In this document: piece after piece, positions 53,601-64,000 of the stretch
Position numbering within the stretch: the first letter of the stretch is position 1
How the letters are laid out: each line of letters starts with the position of its first letter
NCBI GenBank assembly: GCA_051362555.1
Contig: CM120647.1
Coordinates: 4,030,001-4,094,000, forward strand
Length of the DNA stretch: 64,000 nt
Source of the DNA: Lingula anatina
Lineage: Eukaryota; Animalia; Brachiopoda
Reading direction: 5' to 3'
Position numbers and translations under genes: made by a program
Notes under the pieces: model-generated
The model's database searches: none
What the model was told of the DNA's origin: nothing
What the model saw: only the letters and a program-made list of their open reading frames with translations

Positions 53601-55242
53601 TTGTGAAGGGTTTTCGGTTATTTGCCCTAGATCAGTATTGAAGAGGTCACCAAATTTTAATCAGAGTAGATTAACTGAGGCGCCTCTTATAATAGGAAGA
53701 GATATGGTTAGGAGTCTCGTTTTAAAAGATAATCATATATCAGAGGTCACACTGGATAATTGGACGCAACTGTTATATCTTGACTTATCAAACAACTCAC
53801 TGGTTGAAGTTAATAAAACAATGTTTCAAGACACTGTAAATCTACGCAGAATAGATCTCTCAAAAAACAACATCAGCATCGTCCGAAGTGGTGCTTTTTC
53901 CAATATGATATCTCTTCAAGTGTTGAACATAAGCAACAACCCAATAGCTTCTGTTCCGCGGCATTGTTTCCACAATCTTCCCGCTTTGCAGCATCTTGAT
54001 CTGTCAGCTGGTCTCCTGCTTGTCCTGCACAACTGTTCGTTTTATAACGTCTCCGTTGACTTTTTAAACATATCGAAAAACTTTGTCAAGACATTTAATA
54101 CCTGGCTGTTTTGTGGTTGGCACAAAGTGAGGGCGATTGATCTGTCTGGAAACCCGTTGGAGGTCAAACAGGACGAGGTAACAAGTGATGTCGACGTTGT
54201 AATTGCAGATTCGTTCAGGATCTGCTGCATGTTTCATCAGACAAATTTGTGTCAGTCTCATGTTGATTTTTTTGCTTCGTGTTCAGATATGTTTATGGAA
54301 AAAGTAATTAAGTACTCATGTTTTGGTATAGGTCTTCTTACTGTGGTGTCGTCGTTAGGATTGCTAAAATCGTATTTTAGGTTTAAAGGACTGTTTCGGA
54401 TAAAAGAAGTTGCTGCTGCATTGAATGTTATTGAAATGCAAATGGTTATACCAGTTATGATAATATTTGTTAACAGTATGCGGATGACAGATACTTATTC
54501 CAGCATGTCTAATTCCTGGCGCAGGAGCCCATCGTGTCACGTTGCATCGTTTTTCTACATTTTTCCTCAGGTTTGTGTTCCTATTATAATATTTTTTGCT
54601 GCTATACAGGCGATCATATTACGGGCCGCTGGAATCGAAAAAGAGCATTTGTTAAAGCGCATAGCATGCGTTGGTATAGTATTTGTCGTCACCGTGTCAG
54701 TAACCTTTTGTGTTCCTTTCTCCATGGAGGTATACATCCATACTGGTACCTGTTATCCTTTCGTTTTAAGCAGTCTTATGTCTGAAATACAGTATAATTC
54801 ATTGGCGATTGAAATCACATATCTATCAATGTCTGTAATTTCTCTAACTACTTCTGCAGGAGTTTTTATGTATCTGTTGTATTCTCTGAGATCTCCGTCA
54901 TCCCTTACCGATTTTCGCAGTATGTGCTGCTTGTTTGAAATTGCCTTATCCGATGCCATACGCTGGTTCCCGTTTATGGTCACGTGTATCTTGCACTTAA
55001 AGAACAATCCGGTGTCTGATTACGCTGCGCAGTGGGTGCAGTTAGTTATACTTAACATGCGGCCCATCGTATGTGCATTTATTCATATTTGTTTATGGCC
55101 TTTGTGGAAGAAAGTTGAGCGTTTCTTTGTTATGGCAGGGGTTGGGTCCACTAGTCAACCGGCATTGGAGTGGCAAATGGTAGAGACAAGAGATGAACAT
55201 GAAGATGAACAGGAAGATGAACAGGAAGAAACGCAATTATAG
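35756..55242 (+). CDS. GRL101-like LGR (LDLa-LRR-7TM GPCR) with an N-terminal CUB/CTLD extension, ~1860 aa; exons 35756-38314 and 52219-55242
   Basis: Phase-0 junction CAA|gtaagt ... tttttag|AAC rebuilds a CTLD (SCIFGKCY..SWLRSRELC..GGDL..FLGLRREKQ|NVLRWIDNAPLVFSDW..CAAM..WIMIPC..VICE). CUB motif GVIQSTNF..YP..W.I..FNHFSLE.YDYL..FFTD..SGFQIEY; about 6 LDLa repeats (CDGQKDCLDGSDE etc.); LRRNT CPPNCFC; about 7 LRRs; hinge DSFRICC..ASCSDMF; 7 hydrophobic segments with WRRSPSC. AATAAA immediately after the stop. Confidence 0.92.
38872..38948. repeat. Head-to-head (AAT)n/(ATT)n microsatellite palindrome
   Basis: Direct read; the two arms are reverse complements. Confidence 0.9.
39637..40738. mobile_element. 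Full-length PIF/Harbinger-like non-autonomous element with a nested MITE (40095-40309)
   Basis: TIR (A)CCTCGGTCACAACCGG / CCGGTTGTGACCGAGGCT with TAA TSD; the nested AGATCGATCT-family MITE has a TAA TSD and an empty site at ~26402. Confidence 0.85.
41376..41697. mobile_element. Small MITE containing (GT)n and a ~45-nt poly(C)
   Basis: Imperfect inverted ends (GGAGGATTTAGAA / TCCTGGATCCG); nested in the Academ element. Confidence 0.5.
42020..43296. mobile_element. Foldback Ginger-like element (arms roughly 500-600 bp)
   Basis: GCGG|TGTAACATGAAAATCTGACTCCC ... GGGAGTCAGATTTTCATGGTACA|GCGG; long inverted arms with internal ~175-bp subrepeats. Confidence 0.75.
43848..44270 (-). mobile_element. 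L2-clade LINE 3' end
   Basis: YGERAFMIYAPKVWNTLPSEIRAAGDRDTFKKLLKTHIF..*, a 3'UTR hairpin GCGCATT..AATGCGC and an (ATT)n tail. Confidence 0.85.
46240..46632 (-). mobile_element. L1/Tx1-like LINE 3' fragment (CCHC zinc knuckle)
   Basis: KCSICGVDREDLRHVFSNCYRIRNIW..YIYTC. Confidence 0.7.
46637..48988 (+). mobile_element. Decayed Tc1 (DD34E) transposon interrupted by a piggyBac-like insertion
   Basis: MARYRQLS..QVIN|LKRR..RTVQRVW..GRSRK..EDRRL..RRRLH..FSDECRF..MVWGCIS..DNAPCHR..WPA*SPDANIIENVW; many stops. Confidence 0.9.
46868..47907. mobile_element. piggyBac-like non-autonomous element
   Basis: TTAA|CACTCAAGTGACC ... GGTCTCTTGAGGG|TTAA, with subterminal GGGGTCAT/ATGACCCC repeats; removing it restores the Tc1 frame. 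Confidence 0.85.
49027..49293. mobile_element. Ginger-like non-autonomous element (shorter relative at 52008-52145)
   Basis: CCGG|TGTAACAG ... CTGCCACA|CCGG. Confidence 0.65.
49340..49560 (-). mobile_element. Possible LINE 5' end / ORF1 start
   Basis: AAGATGGCGG motif followed by a lysine-rich ORF start (MPRDRKKSTQ..KKKESAEKPSKKEKR). Confidence 0.3.
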
Positions 55243-57589
55243 AATAAATATAAACAATTGATGTACATAAAAAAGGATGTGTATTTTCTGAAATATTTCG
55301 TTTAAATTGTAGAATATCCCTTTTATTTCCGATTTGACGTGTTTTAACTTTAAAGCCTCATTCAGCTTTTTACATGTAGTTTTGTAAATGTAGGACTAGA
55401 GGCTGTGTAAGCTGGTCTGAATGTAAGACTGCATTGTTGCAATTGAAAAAAAAAAATTGTGACTTATCTGAATACTTTGGTTGACGCTTCTTTCAATTAA
55501 CTGAAATGTGAAAAAACCCGGCGAAGCTGTGGGTTTGACGAAAAGAAGACGTTAAAAAAATAACAAATTTATTTTTAAAAATAGTCATGATTCGAATATA
55601 GATACTATATGCATGTACGTAATCCGTAAAATTGCTCTCTGTAAAAATGAATGTTAATACGTAGTTGGAATTATCTGTTGTTTGAAAGAACAATTTCATT
55701 GGTACATATTATATATATATATATATGTTTAATATAACAGTTTTATTGATGAACATTTTATAATTTATATAATTGTCTTTTAGAACCTTTTACATTAAAA
55801 TGTAACACAAATTTTCCTGGTAATTTCCGTTACTGATATTTTATGATAACTAGTCTCATTTCTTTTGATTTGTTGTATTATCTGAATGTATAATTATATA
55901 ATTATAATCAGATTTTTGTAAGATGCATTTTTAAGATATTCTTTTAATGAGAATTTTTTAAGATATTCACGATGTTTCAATCATTAGCGCTATATTCATT
56001 TACCAATAACCCGTCAGTGTGCATTAATTATGTGTATAAAAAGTATCTTCATCAATTTATGGTTTTACTTACTTTTCTATTTTTACTCCCGCTTACGCTG
56101 TGACGCGCGTTTGTTCGAGGAATGCAATCACCCCTAAAAGTGTATTTTTCAAACGGTGCAATTATGAAACAAGCATGCATACTGTCACATGAGATATTAC
56201 AAGCTATATGCTGATTACACCTTATGTTCGACCTGCAGTCCACACCCTCTACACGACTTGCATGTCGTGGTCTGAGGGGGATAAAGAGACTCCTTTTTAC
56301 ACTTGAACTTGGGGATGCGTGGCTTAGTTAATCACCACAAAAAAAAGAGACAAATTGTCACCACAAATAAGAGACAAAATGAGACAAATTGACCAGTCTG
56401 CCCAGCTTCGCAATTAGCAAATCATCACTATCACATTGTGTACTAGGCAAGAGCGGTGTTGCGTCTGATACTTTAAAGAGCGTACTTATACAAGCCTTGA
56501 ATACGTGTGATCTACCGGTGAATTCGGGGGCGATTTACACATCGAGCTGTATCTAATCCAGAATTTTCGCGAAAAAAAACAAATTTACCACTAGAAATAG
56601 TAAATGTTCTCCATGACCCGTCACTCATTGGAATCGCCATCTTAAGAAATCGTAACAATGCGACTGTAAAATTATCCTTGGGGATTGATGCCCGGTGCCC
56701 AGACTATCCATCGCAATAAAGTAAAGTACTGAAGCCGGCTTTCTCATTGAGAAGAAAGAAAATTTATTTAAATCATGATTATACCAGTGCTTCTGTGGCC
56801 CCTCTGACCTTGGCAAAGCCAGTTAATAGGAAAAGGGTTCGAGTTCTGGTAAACTGCATCTGATTATTTGTGCTTTTTGTAGTTTCTGAGTCTCGTTTGT
56901 TTTATAAAAGAGAAAGCTCGCAGGATTGGAGGGAGTTGGGTAGGTGTCAAAGTGCAGTCAGTAGTATGCACGGTTGCAAAATTGAAGAGCAACCACGGTT
57001 CAAAATGACAATGACAAACCAGGAGTTCACTGAATTTTCATCATGCACAACAAATAACATGGTCAATAAAAGTACATTTTCAGGACCATGAGAGTTCAAA
57101 TTCACATAATAAAAAAATCAAAAAGGAAACATAACAAAAAATATTCCAGTAAAGCTGCTTTTCATACTTTTAATCTAGCTGTATAAACATGATATGAATA
57201 ACCCACTGAGTTTAAGGATAATAAGGCACATTACACAAAATATTCTTTTGTTTTTAACTTATTTTCAAAATTACACAACATTTACCTGTATAATTATCTC
57301 TGATTCCTAATCATGCGACACTGTTAATTTTAGACTTTCACAAACTGTAGCTAGCAAATAGCTAAACCTATAAGAGTTTACAGGGAAACCTCAACGTGTG
57401 TTTTATGTGATCTCATTTAATGGCCTCTTGAAAGTTAATTGGACAAGTGACTTAATGGCTCTGAACTTAGCTAGTGATTACCTAAGAGACAATTACAGAC
57501 TGACCAGTGACTATCTATATAACACCACGGACTATGTGAAAAAATGAAAATTTCATAAAGGATTGCATTGCTTCCAAAACAGATAGCAA

Positions 57590-58310
57590 TCACGCTGATT
57601 TTCTAACACAAGCTGCACTGCACCCCCATAAATATTTTCAGTAAATATGAGAGTCATAAGTAACTTGGTTTTCCCTTAATGGTCATCCTGGCAGCAGTGT
57701 CCAAAATAGGGGTTTCTTCAACGTTTATGTAATATTACATAATGCTTAACAGGATATCTTCGGACTTGATCTGTATATTCGTCAGAATGATTACTCCTGT
57801 GAGTTGCAAGACAATAGACCTATCCGTTTTCCTTGAAATATGTTATCAGTGTTGCATATATGCTGAAAAAAGTGAAAAAAACAGCATTACTTAAAAAAGT
57901 CCTCAATAATGCTGATTTTCGAACTCAACCTGCGTATTATGAATATTCATCAGTGCTGTAAGTCTCAAGCCAAAAAGTAAAACGGTTTTCCACTTATTGT
58001 GTTCTCGGCGTTTCATAGATGCTGAAAAAAAAAGCCAACAACATCAATCTTTGGAAAAAATGGTATGATCATGCTGATTTTCGAACTCGACCTGCTAATT
58101 ATGAATATCCATCAGTTCTGTAAGTTTCAAGCCAAAAGGTTAAATGGTTTTCCACTTATTGTGTTATCGGTGGTGAAAGGGCACGGCGACTACGGCAACG
58201 ACAGACGCATGTGATGGCTATATGTACAGGCGCATCTATGTGTGTACATAAAAATTCAGGTTGAGAACCAACAATAGCTATAAAAGTGCCCATTGGCTTT
58301 ATACATTTAT
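57590..58310. repeat. Interspersed repeat with ~150-bp internal duplications
   Basis: ATGCTGATTTTCGAACTC..CCTG..TTATGAATAT..ATCAG recurs at ~57910 and ~58071, more weakly at ~57595. Confidence 0.55.
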
Positions 58311-58363
58311 TGTTACATTAGGCAGAGCGCGGCAATCATACATCTTTTGGGGTATAAATGAGT

Positions 58364-58364
<1 letters not shown>

Positions 58365-58395
<31 letters not shown>

Positions 58396-61300
58396 TTATT
58401 AAGCCAATAAAATACAAATGTATAAAATCGGGAATCTTTTGCCCTGTAGTAGCGCCATTGAAATATAAAGAATGAAAATTAAAATTATATGTTAGAGTTA
58501 AAAATAGTTACTGCCGAAGGATAAAAGCTATTTAAAAATCGCTTACTACCCTTAAAAGCTAAGAGTCTCGAATTGCTAGGTAAAGATTTAAAAAGGGTAT
58601 GGGCTGGATGGGAACTGTCTGTCATTATTGATAATGTTTTCTTTTTAGTCATGTCTAGATATATAGCATGGACGGGAGTTAGATCTGTGCCAATTACAAT
58701 CTCTGCAGTTTCGACGATCTTTTCCAACTTGTTCCTCTCCTCCACAGTTGCACGTCCATACCAAACAGTTACTGAATAAGTTAAAATACTCTCTAAAACA
58801 CACCTGTAAAAGTTCGTTAGAATAAACACATTTCTGGTAAAAGCTTTCAATTTCCTTAAGAAATACATTCGTTGACGTGCCTTTTTCAATAGCTTCGTGA
58901 TGTTATCGCCCCAGGTTAACCTATTATTCAGCTGAACCCCTAGTAATTTATAATTAGAAACCTGTTCGACCGCTTTACCGTTAACTTCCAAGGGATTTTT
59001 ACTTGTCTGATTTCTTCTGAAGTCTATGATCATTTCTTTTGTTTTGCTCACATTTAATATCAAGTCATTGTCTGTGCACCAATTTACTAAACTTGTAACC
59101 GACTGCCTGTATGACCTCTCATCATTATGGTGTATCAAGCCGACTAAAGTTGTGTCATCGGCAAACTTCATTAAAAATGTATTTTCCTCCCTCGCCACAC
59201 AGTCGTGGGTGAATAACGTATATAAACAAGGTGATAAGACGCAGCCCTGGGGTGTGCCAGTGTTTAAAACTATAGTGTCCGAGAAGTTAAAACCGACTTT
59301 TACTGACTGTTTTCTATTTAAAAGAAAATCTAAAATCCAATCGCAGAGTGCTAGTGGAAAATTAAGATCATCCAAAAGTTTAAAATACAATTTGCTTGGT
59401 ACAATAGTATTAAATGCTGAGCTATAGTCAACAAATAAAATTCTAACATAGGCATTTTTACAATCGAGATGTTCGAGAACTTTGTGTAAACACAGAAAGA
59501 GCATCGTCTACACTTCTGTTACTGCGGTAGGCAAATTGGAGTGGATCAAAGCTATTTGGCACTAAAGTTTTAATAAAAGACAAAACAAGTTTTTCGAATA
59601 TCTTCATAGGCACCGGTGTCAAAGCAACAGGACGGAGATCATTTAAATTCTCTACAGTTTTACTTTTTGGCACAGGTATGATGGTTGCTGTCTTCCATAT
59701 TTCAGGCACTCTGCACATTTCAATTGACCAGTTGAATATTTCCGCGAACACATCTGAAAGCTGGGCTGCGCATTCCTTTAAAAGTCGTGATGTTATACCG
59801 TCAGGGCCTGGAGCTTTCCTGGTGTTTAAAGCCGAGAAATAACACTTGACTTGCCATGATTGAATAGTAAATGGCGGCACGCACTCCCCTTGGGTTGGTG
59901 TGTGGACCTGAGTGTGGTTGGTCCTATCAAAACGAGAATAAAACTCATTCAACTTGTTAGGGAGTGTGGAGTCCTCTGTATCAACGGCACGTCTGGACCC
60001 TTTATACTGTGTGACAAGAGCGATATTGTCCCAGAGATCCTTTGCACTATTGGACTGGAATTTCTGTTCGATTTTTGTATTCATCTTTTTCTTTGCTTTT
60101 TTGATGGCAGTTTTTAGGTCCAATTTTGTTTTACGATATGCTGCAACATCTGTTTCTTTCTCACGGTACGCTTGGTCTTTAGCTTTTATAAGATTCTTTA
60201 TGTTCTTGTCAACCCACAGTTTAGTGTTCGGGTATTGCTTAATAGTCCTAGAAGGAATGCAGATCTCTTCACAAAACTTGATATATTCGGTTACCACTAG
60301 AGTGAAGTCATGGATGCTGTTGTCCGATTTAAGGGCTGCCCAATCAGTGGATTCGAAGCAATCATGCAAGCTGTCTATCGCAGACTTTGAGAAGGATTTC
60401 ACGTTTCGGGATAATGGTTTCGCACTTTTCAACGCAGTTCTGTAGACAGGTATCAGTAATACAGTGCAGTGGTCCGAATTTCCAAGGCTCGATCGCTTAA
60501 TTGCTTTGTAGGCATTCTTCGTCGCACAATAACAATGGTCCAGTACGTTATTGCCCCTTGTGGGGAATGTAATGTATTGGCGGTAGTTTGGTAGAGCTGA
60601 TTTCAGGTTAGCCTTATTAAAATCACCTAGGATAATGGAAACTGAGTCTGGATGGGAGTTTTCCTTTGACGAAATGACTGATGACAAAGTCCTAATAGCA
60701 TGTTTATTATCCGCCTTGGGGTGAATATAAACGCCCGTGATGAAAATGCATGGAAACTCCCGAGGCAAGTAGAATGGTCTGCATTTGATGGTAATATACT
60801 CAAGGTCCGGCGAGCATAAATGGGTCTCAATTTTAACATCCATGCACCATCTGTCATTCACAAGAAAACAAACTCCGCCGCCTTGTTTTTTACCGGTAGA
60901 CTCTTTATTTCGATCGAGTCTGAATATTGAGAAACCCGGTGGTTGTAAGCAGTCGCTGGGATGATCTTCCGTTAGCCATGTCTCGGTAAAACAATAGACA
61001 TTGCAGTCTGCATAGTCCCGATAGTTAAATATCCTATAGTTTATTTCCTCTATTTTATTGTAAAGGCTCTGAACATTTGACAGAATAATGCTTGGCAACG
61101 GAGTTCTTTGCTTTCTATGCCTTAATTTCACTAGATGCCCTCCTCGCTTACCGCGCTTCCGCCCGTTCTTTGTTTCTCGCTGTGAGGAGGCCCTTGATAT
61201 TCCGATGTCACGACAGATGTAATCCAAAGTTCCCGCTTGTAATGTCGATAGAGAGGCCGATGACGCTTGTCGTATTTGGAGCAGATCTTCTCTGGTATAA

Positions 61301-61400
61301 ATGAGGATGGCTACCGACGTACTCAACATAAAAGCTAGATAAAAGAGTAAGAATGTGGACGCTCTACAAAGCCTGTCGCCATTGGTCGGCGCCATCTTAT
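58365..61400 (-). mobile_element. Near-intact Rex1/Babar-clade LINE (APE endonuclease + RT), one frameshift at ~59497
   Basis: YTREDLLQIR, KRGKRGG, LPSIILSNVQSL, FTETWL, GGGVCF, CRPFYLPREF, GDFN, LDHCY, SDH; RT motifs KAPGPDG, LFVDYSSAFNT, GTPQGCVLSP, KFADD; C-terminal HPAHTLF..RFLNSFYP; AATAAA plus (TTA)n tail at 58365-58396. Confidence 0.92.
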
Positions 61401-61496
61401 ATGTAGTCTTCAACAAAAGGAGGTTAGCATTGTAGAATGAAAGACTACACTGCATTGAGAGTATAGTCGGAGGCCTTCGGTCCATTCTTGGTACCT

Positions 61497-61750
61497 AATA
61501 ACCTCCGCCAATGAGGTTATGTTTCCACCCCTGTTTGTTTGTTTGTTTGTCTGTCTGTCTGTCATCAACATAACTCAAAAAAGTATGGACCGATTTTGAT
61601 AATTTTATCTGTGAACTGCCAGATGTGGGTCAAGGAACAGATGGTTAGTTTTTGGGTGGTGATCCGGATCAATAATCAATCCATAATCAATAATAATCAA
61701 ATATTGCCGCCTTGGCGAAGGTCTGCGCTCTCGGAGTGCTTTTCTAGTTT
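61497..61750 (+). mobile_element. Helentron-associated non-autonomous element (HINE/DINE-1-like)
   Basis: Subterminal IR ACCTCCGCCAA / TTGGCGAAGGT, internal (GTTT)(GTCT) microsatellite, 3' hairpin GCGCTCTCGGAGTGC followed by TTTCTAGTTT. Confidence 0.8.
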
Positions 61751-63524
61751 ACCTCTTTATTTTATTCATGTGTGTGTGCATGTATCCACTACTATTTATA
61801 TCATCATATTAACTTAAAAGGGTGTTTCCATCTCTTGGTTGGGTTTTATTTTTATCAAAACACTGGGAGTTTATTTGTATTGCACAGTATAAAAGGCAGC
61901 AAAGTTCAGTTTTACAACATGACAAGGAGCGACCTTTCCATTTTGAGAGAAATGGTACTTGTCGCAAGCATCAAAACCACAAATTCCTTCTCGGGGAGAT
62001 TGAAAACAAAACCCTAGAGCAGAACCTTGAGAACCAGCACGGTTTCCCCAGGGCTGGCTTGAAATGGTTGTAGGAAAGCCAGGTGGCGGCTATCTTCCCA
62101 TATCCCCCTGTGACGTACTAAACCTGAGAAAACGTCCCGTAAAAGGTTTGGAAATCTACTGATATTTGTTTTTAAAAATATTAAATGAAATATGACATTT
62201 TGTCTAAAAGAAAAACTGAAATCACTTTAATAGAAAAACTTGAATATGGCAAAATGAATATGGAATGCTTGTAAATACTAGCACGCAGTACAGGGTATCA
62301 TTACATTGTAACTGTCAAGCTCATACCGCTGTATAATCTAATTTATACAGTATACTTATTCGTTTCACTTAATCGCATATAAATAATTTATTGTCTAATA
62401 ACTTGTAACGAAAAAAAAAAAACAACCATCGCATCAAATTCAAATCATTTTATTTCGTTAACCCTAGCTATCAGCTGTTGCATGCCTGTCAGAGTCGCAG
62501 AATGCGTACGTCCCATGCATTAACTATTCTTCACAAACTCTCAAACTATAACCATCTACCAACTTCTCATAACCGATAAATCTGCTATTTTTATTGTTGT
62601 ACACATTAAATATATACTCATTTCACACCTGGCGTCATCGGGGGGATTGCGGTGATTATTTTTAGTTTTTTTAAAATGTATTTTACTTTGTCTTTTTATG
62701 CCTTCATAGCTAAAAGATTTAGATGGTTAGATGTCAATATGAGCCAAACACCCGTTCGTGATATACATGTATGGGTATGGGGCATCTCAGATAATATAAT
62801 TTTTACAAAAATGCATTTTAACATGCTGTTGGACCATTGACTTATAACGCAAATGGTGCCATCGGCGTCAATTCGGCGATAATTATCAGTCTCAATGTAT
62901 TCACAACTGGCGTGTGAATACATTTAATGTTTTGAACTCATTAATCTGCTTCTCTGTATGTGCCACAATTTCTGTTCAGACCACTGATGTGACTTAAGTT
63001 TGAAATTTAAATAGTTAGATCTGAATCACAGCAGTTGCTACAAGAACACAGATAAGATGCAGACGTCAACCTTATGGTAACAGTAATAAATGTCACTTGG
63101 CGTATTGTGTGAACTAAACAACTGCATAGGCTTCAACTGCACAGGCTTTAAACATACAAAATTATTAGCGCTTGAGTATCAGCAGCGTCTCTATTATTGC
63201 TTGAAAGAGTCAAACAATTCAACCATTTGAGGCCACAAAGCATCCTACATAATTTTTTGCCAATTTTTCCTATGAGGTCCTATAGGGTCATCAATATATG
63301 AATATTGTGTATATACAATAGTTACTGACACAAAATTGGGAATATTATGCAAATTGCTAAAAAATCAGTGCAAACATACAATGAACACCTTAACTTCTCA
63401 AGCCTCGCATGTTTCAGGGCTAAAATGAAAAAATAAATCCACCATTACCAACAACGTGCCGCCTACCAATATATCTCTCTGGGACATTAAGAAAAAAATG
63501 CTTAAATAACTTTTAATAATCTAT

Positions 63525-64000
63525 ACAGTGTTATAATGACATTGTGGCAAATAAAAAACTCTAATAATGTGTTTTTTCCTCTTATTGTCTTTCACTCGCA
63601 ACACAACTCTGTAATATTGTCGTATATATGTGCCAAAAGTCGCTTTAATCACAAAATATTTTCGTTGGATTTTTTTTCGGAATTTTGGCACTTCAATTTT
63701 TAAACTAAAATACTGGTCACGTTTCCCTCAATTACCTTCATACAAAATCCCATCATTTTGAGAAAAAAATGCGTTCTTCGAGATATTCTATCCTAACAAG
63801 GGTCTGTTTGGTCAAACCAGATATTTGGATTAAAAAAAGATATCTTCCTGTCCTCTTCCATGAATTAAGTCAGTGAAAAGTTTGCTTAAAAACAGTAATG
63901 GTAGAGCCACTAGGAATTGCTAAGGGAGGAAAGGGAGGAGGAGATTGTACGACAACAGACGGGGACAATTGCACTATAACATGAAGGTGCAAGGATGAAG
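63525..64000 (+). repeat. Further copy of the lectin-cluster flank (~20445-20910; partly ~3965-4110)
   Basis: Shared TCTAATAATGT..TTATTGTC, GGTCAAACCAGA.ATTTGGA and GACAACAGACG.GGACAATTGCACTATAA. Confidence 0.8.

Noticed and set aside
59026-60445. Plus-strand ORFs of 133, 85 and 163 aa
   Set aside because: Antisense shadows of the Rex1 coding strand.

Overview
AT-rich, repeat-dense animal genomic DNA with spliceosomal introns. It is probably a mollusc or other lophotrochozoan, inferred from the gene and transposon families; no prokaryotic features are present. The window is a glycan/pattern-recognition locus in birth-and-death turnover. (1) An intact 4-exon minus-strand gene (10236-6802) encodes a secreted 257-aa PAN/Apple + jacalin fusion, with three decayed paralogous fragments nearby. 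(2) Three partial copies of a type II transmembrane C-type lectin receptor have a tyrosine-motif-rich, ITAM/hemITAM-like cytoplasmic tail. (3) An intact two-exon, ~1860-aa GRL101-like LGR receptor (35756-55242) has the order signal peptide-CUB-CUB-like-unknown region-CTLD-LDLa repeats-LRR-divergent 7TM-PDZ-binding tail, and its CTLD is split by a 13.9-kb transposon-filled intron. The rest is segmental duplications, a ~6-kb higher-order tandem array, a nearly intact Rex1/Babar LINE, and remnants of RTE, L2, L1/Tx1, Tc1, Academ, piggyBac, Harbinger, Ginger and Helentron-type elements. All gene models were assembled by eye from splice sites and frame; nothing was searched against a database.
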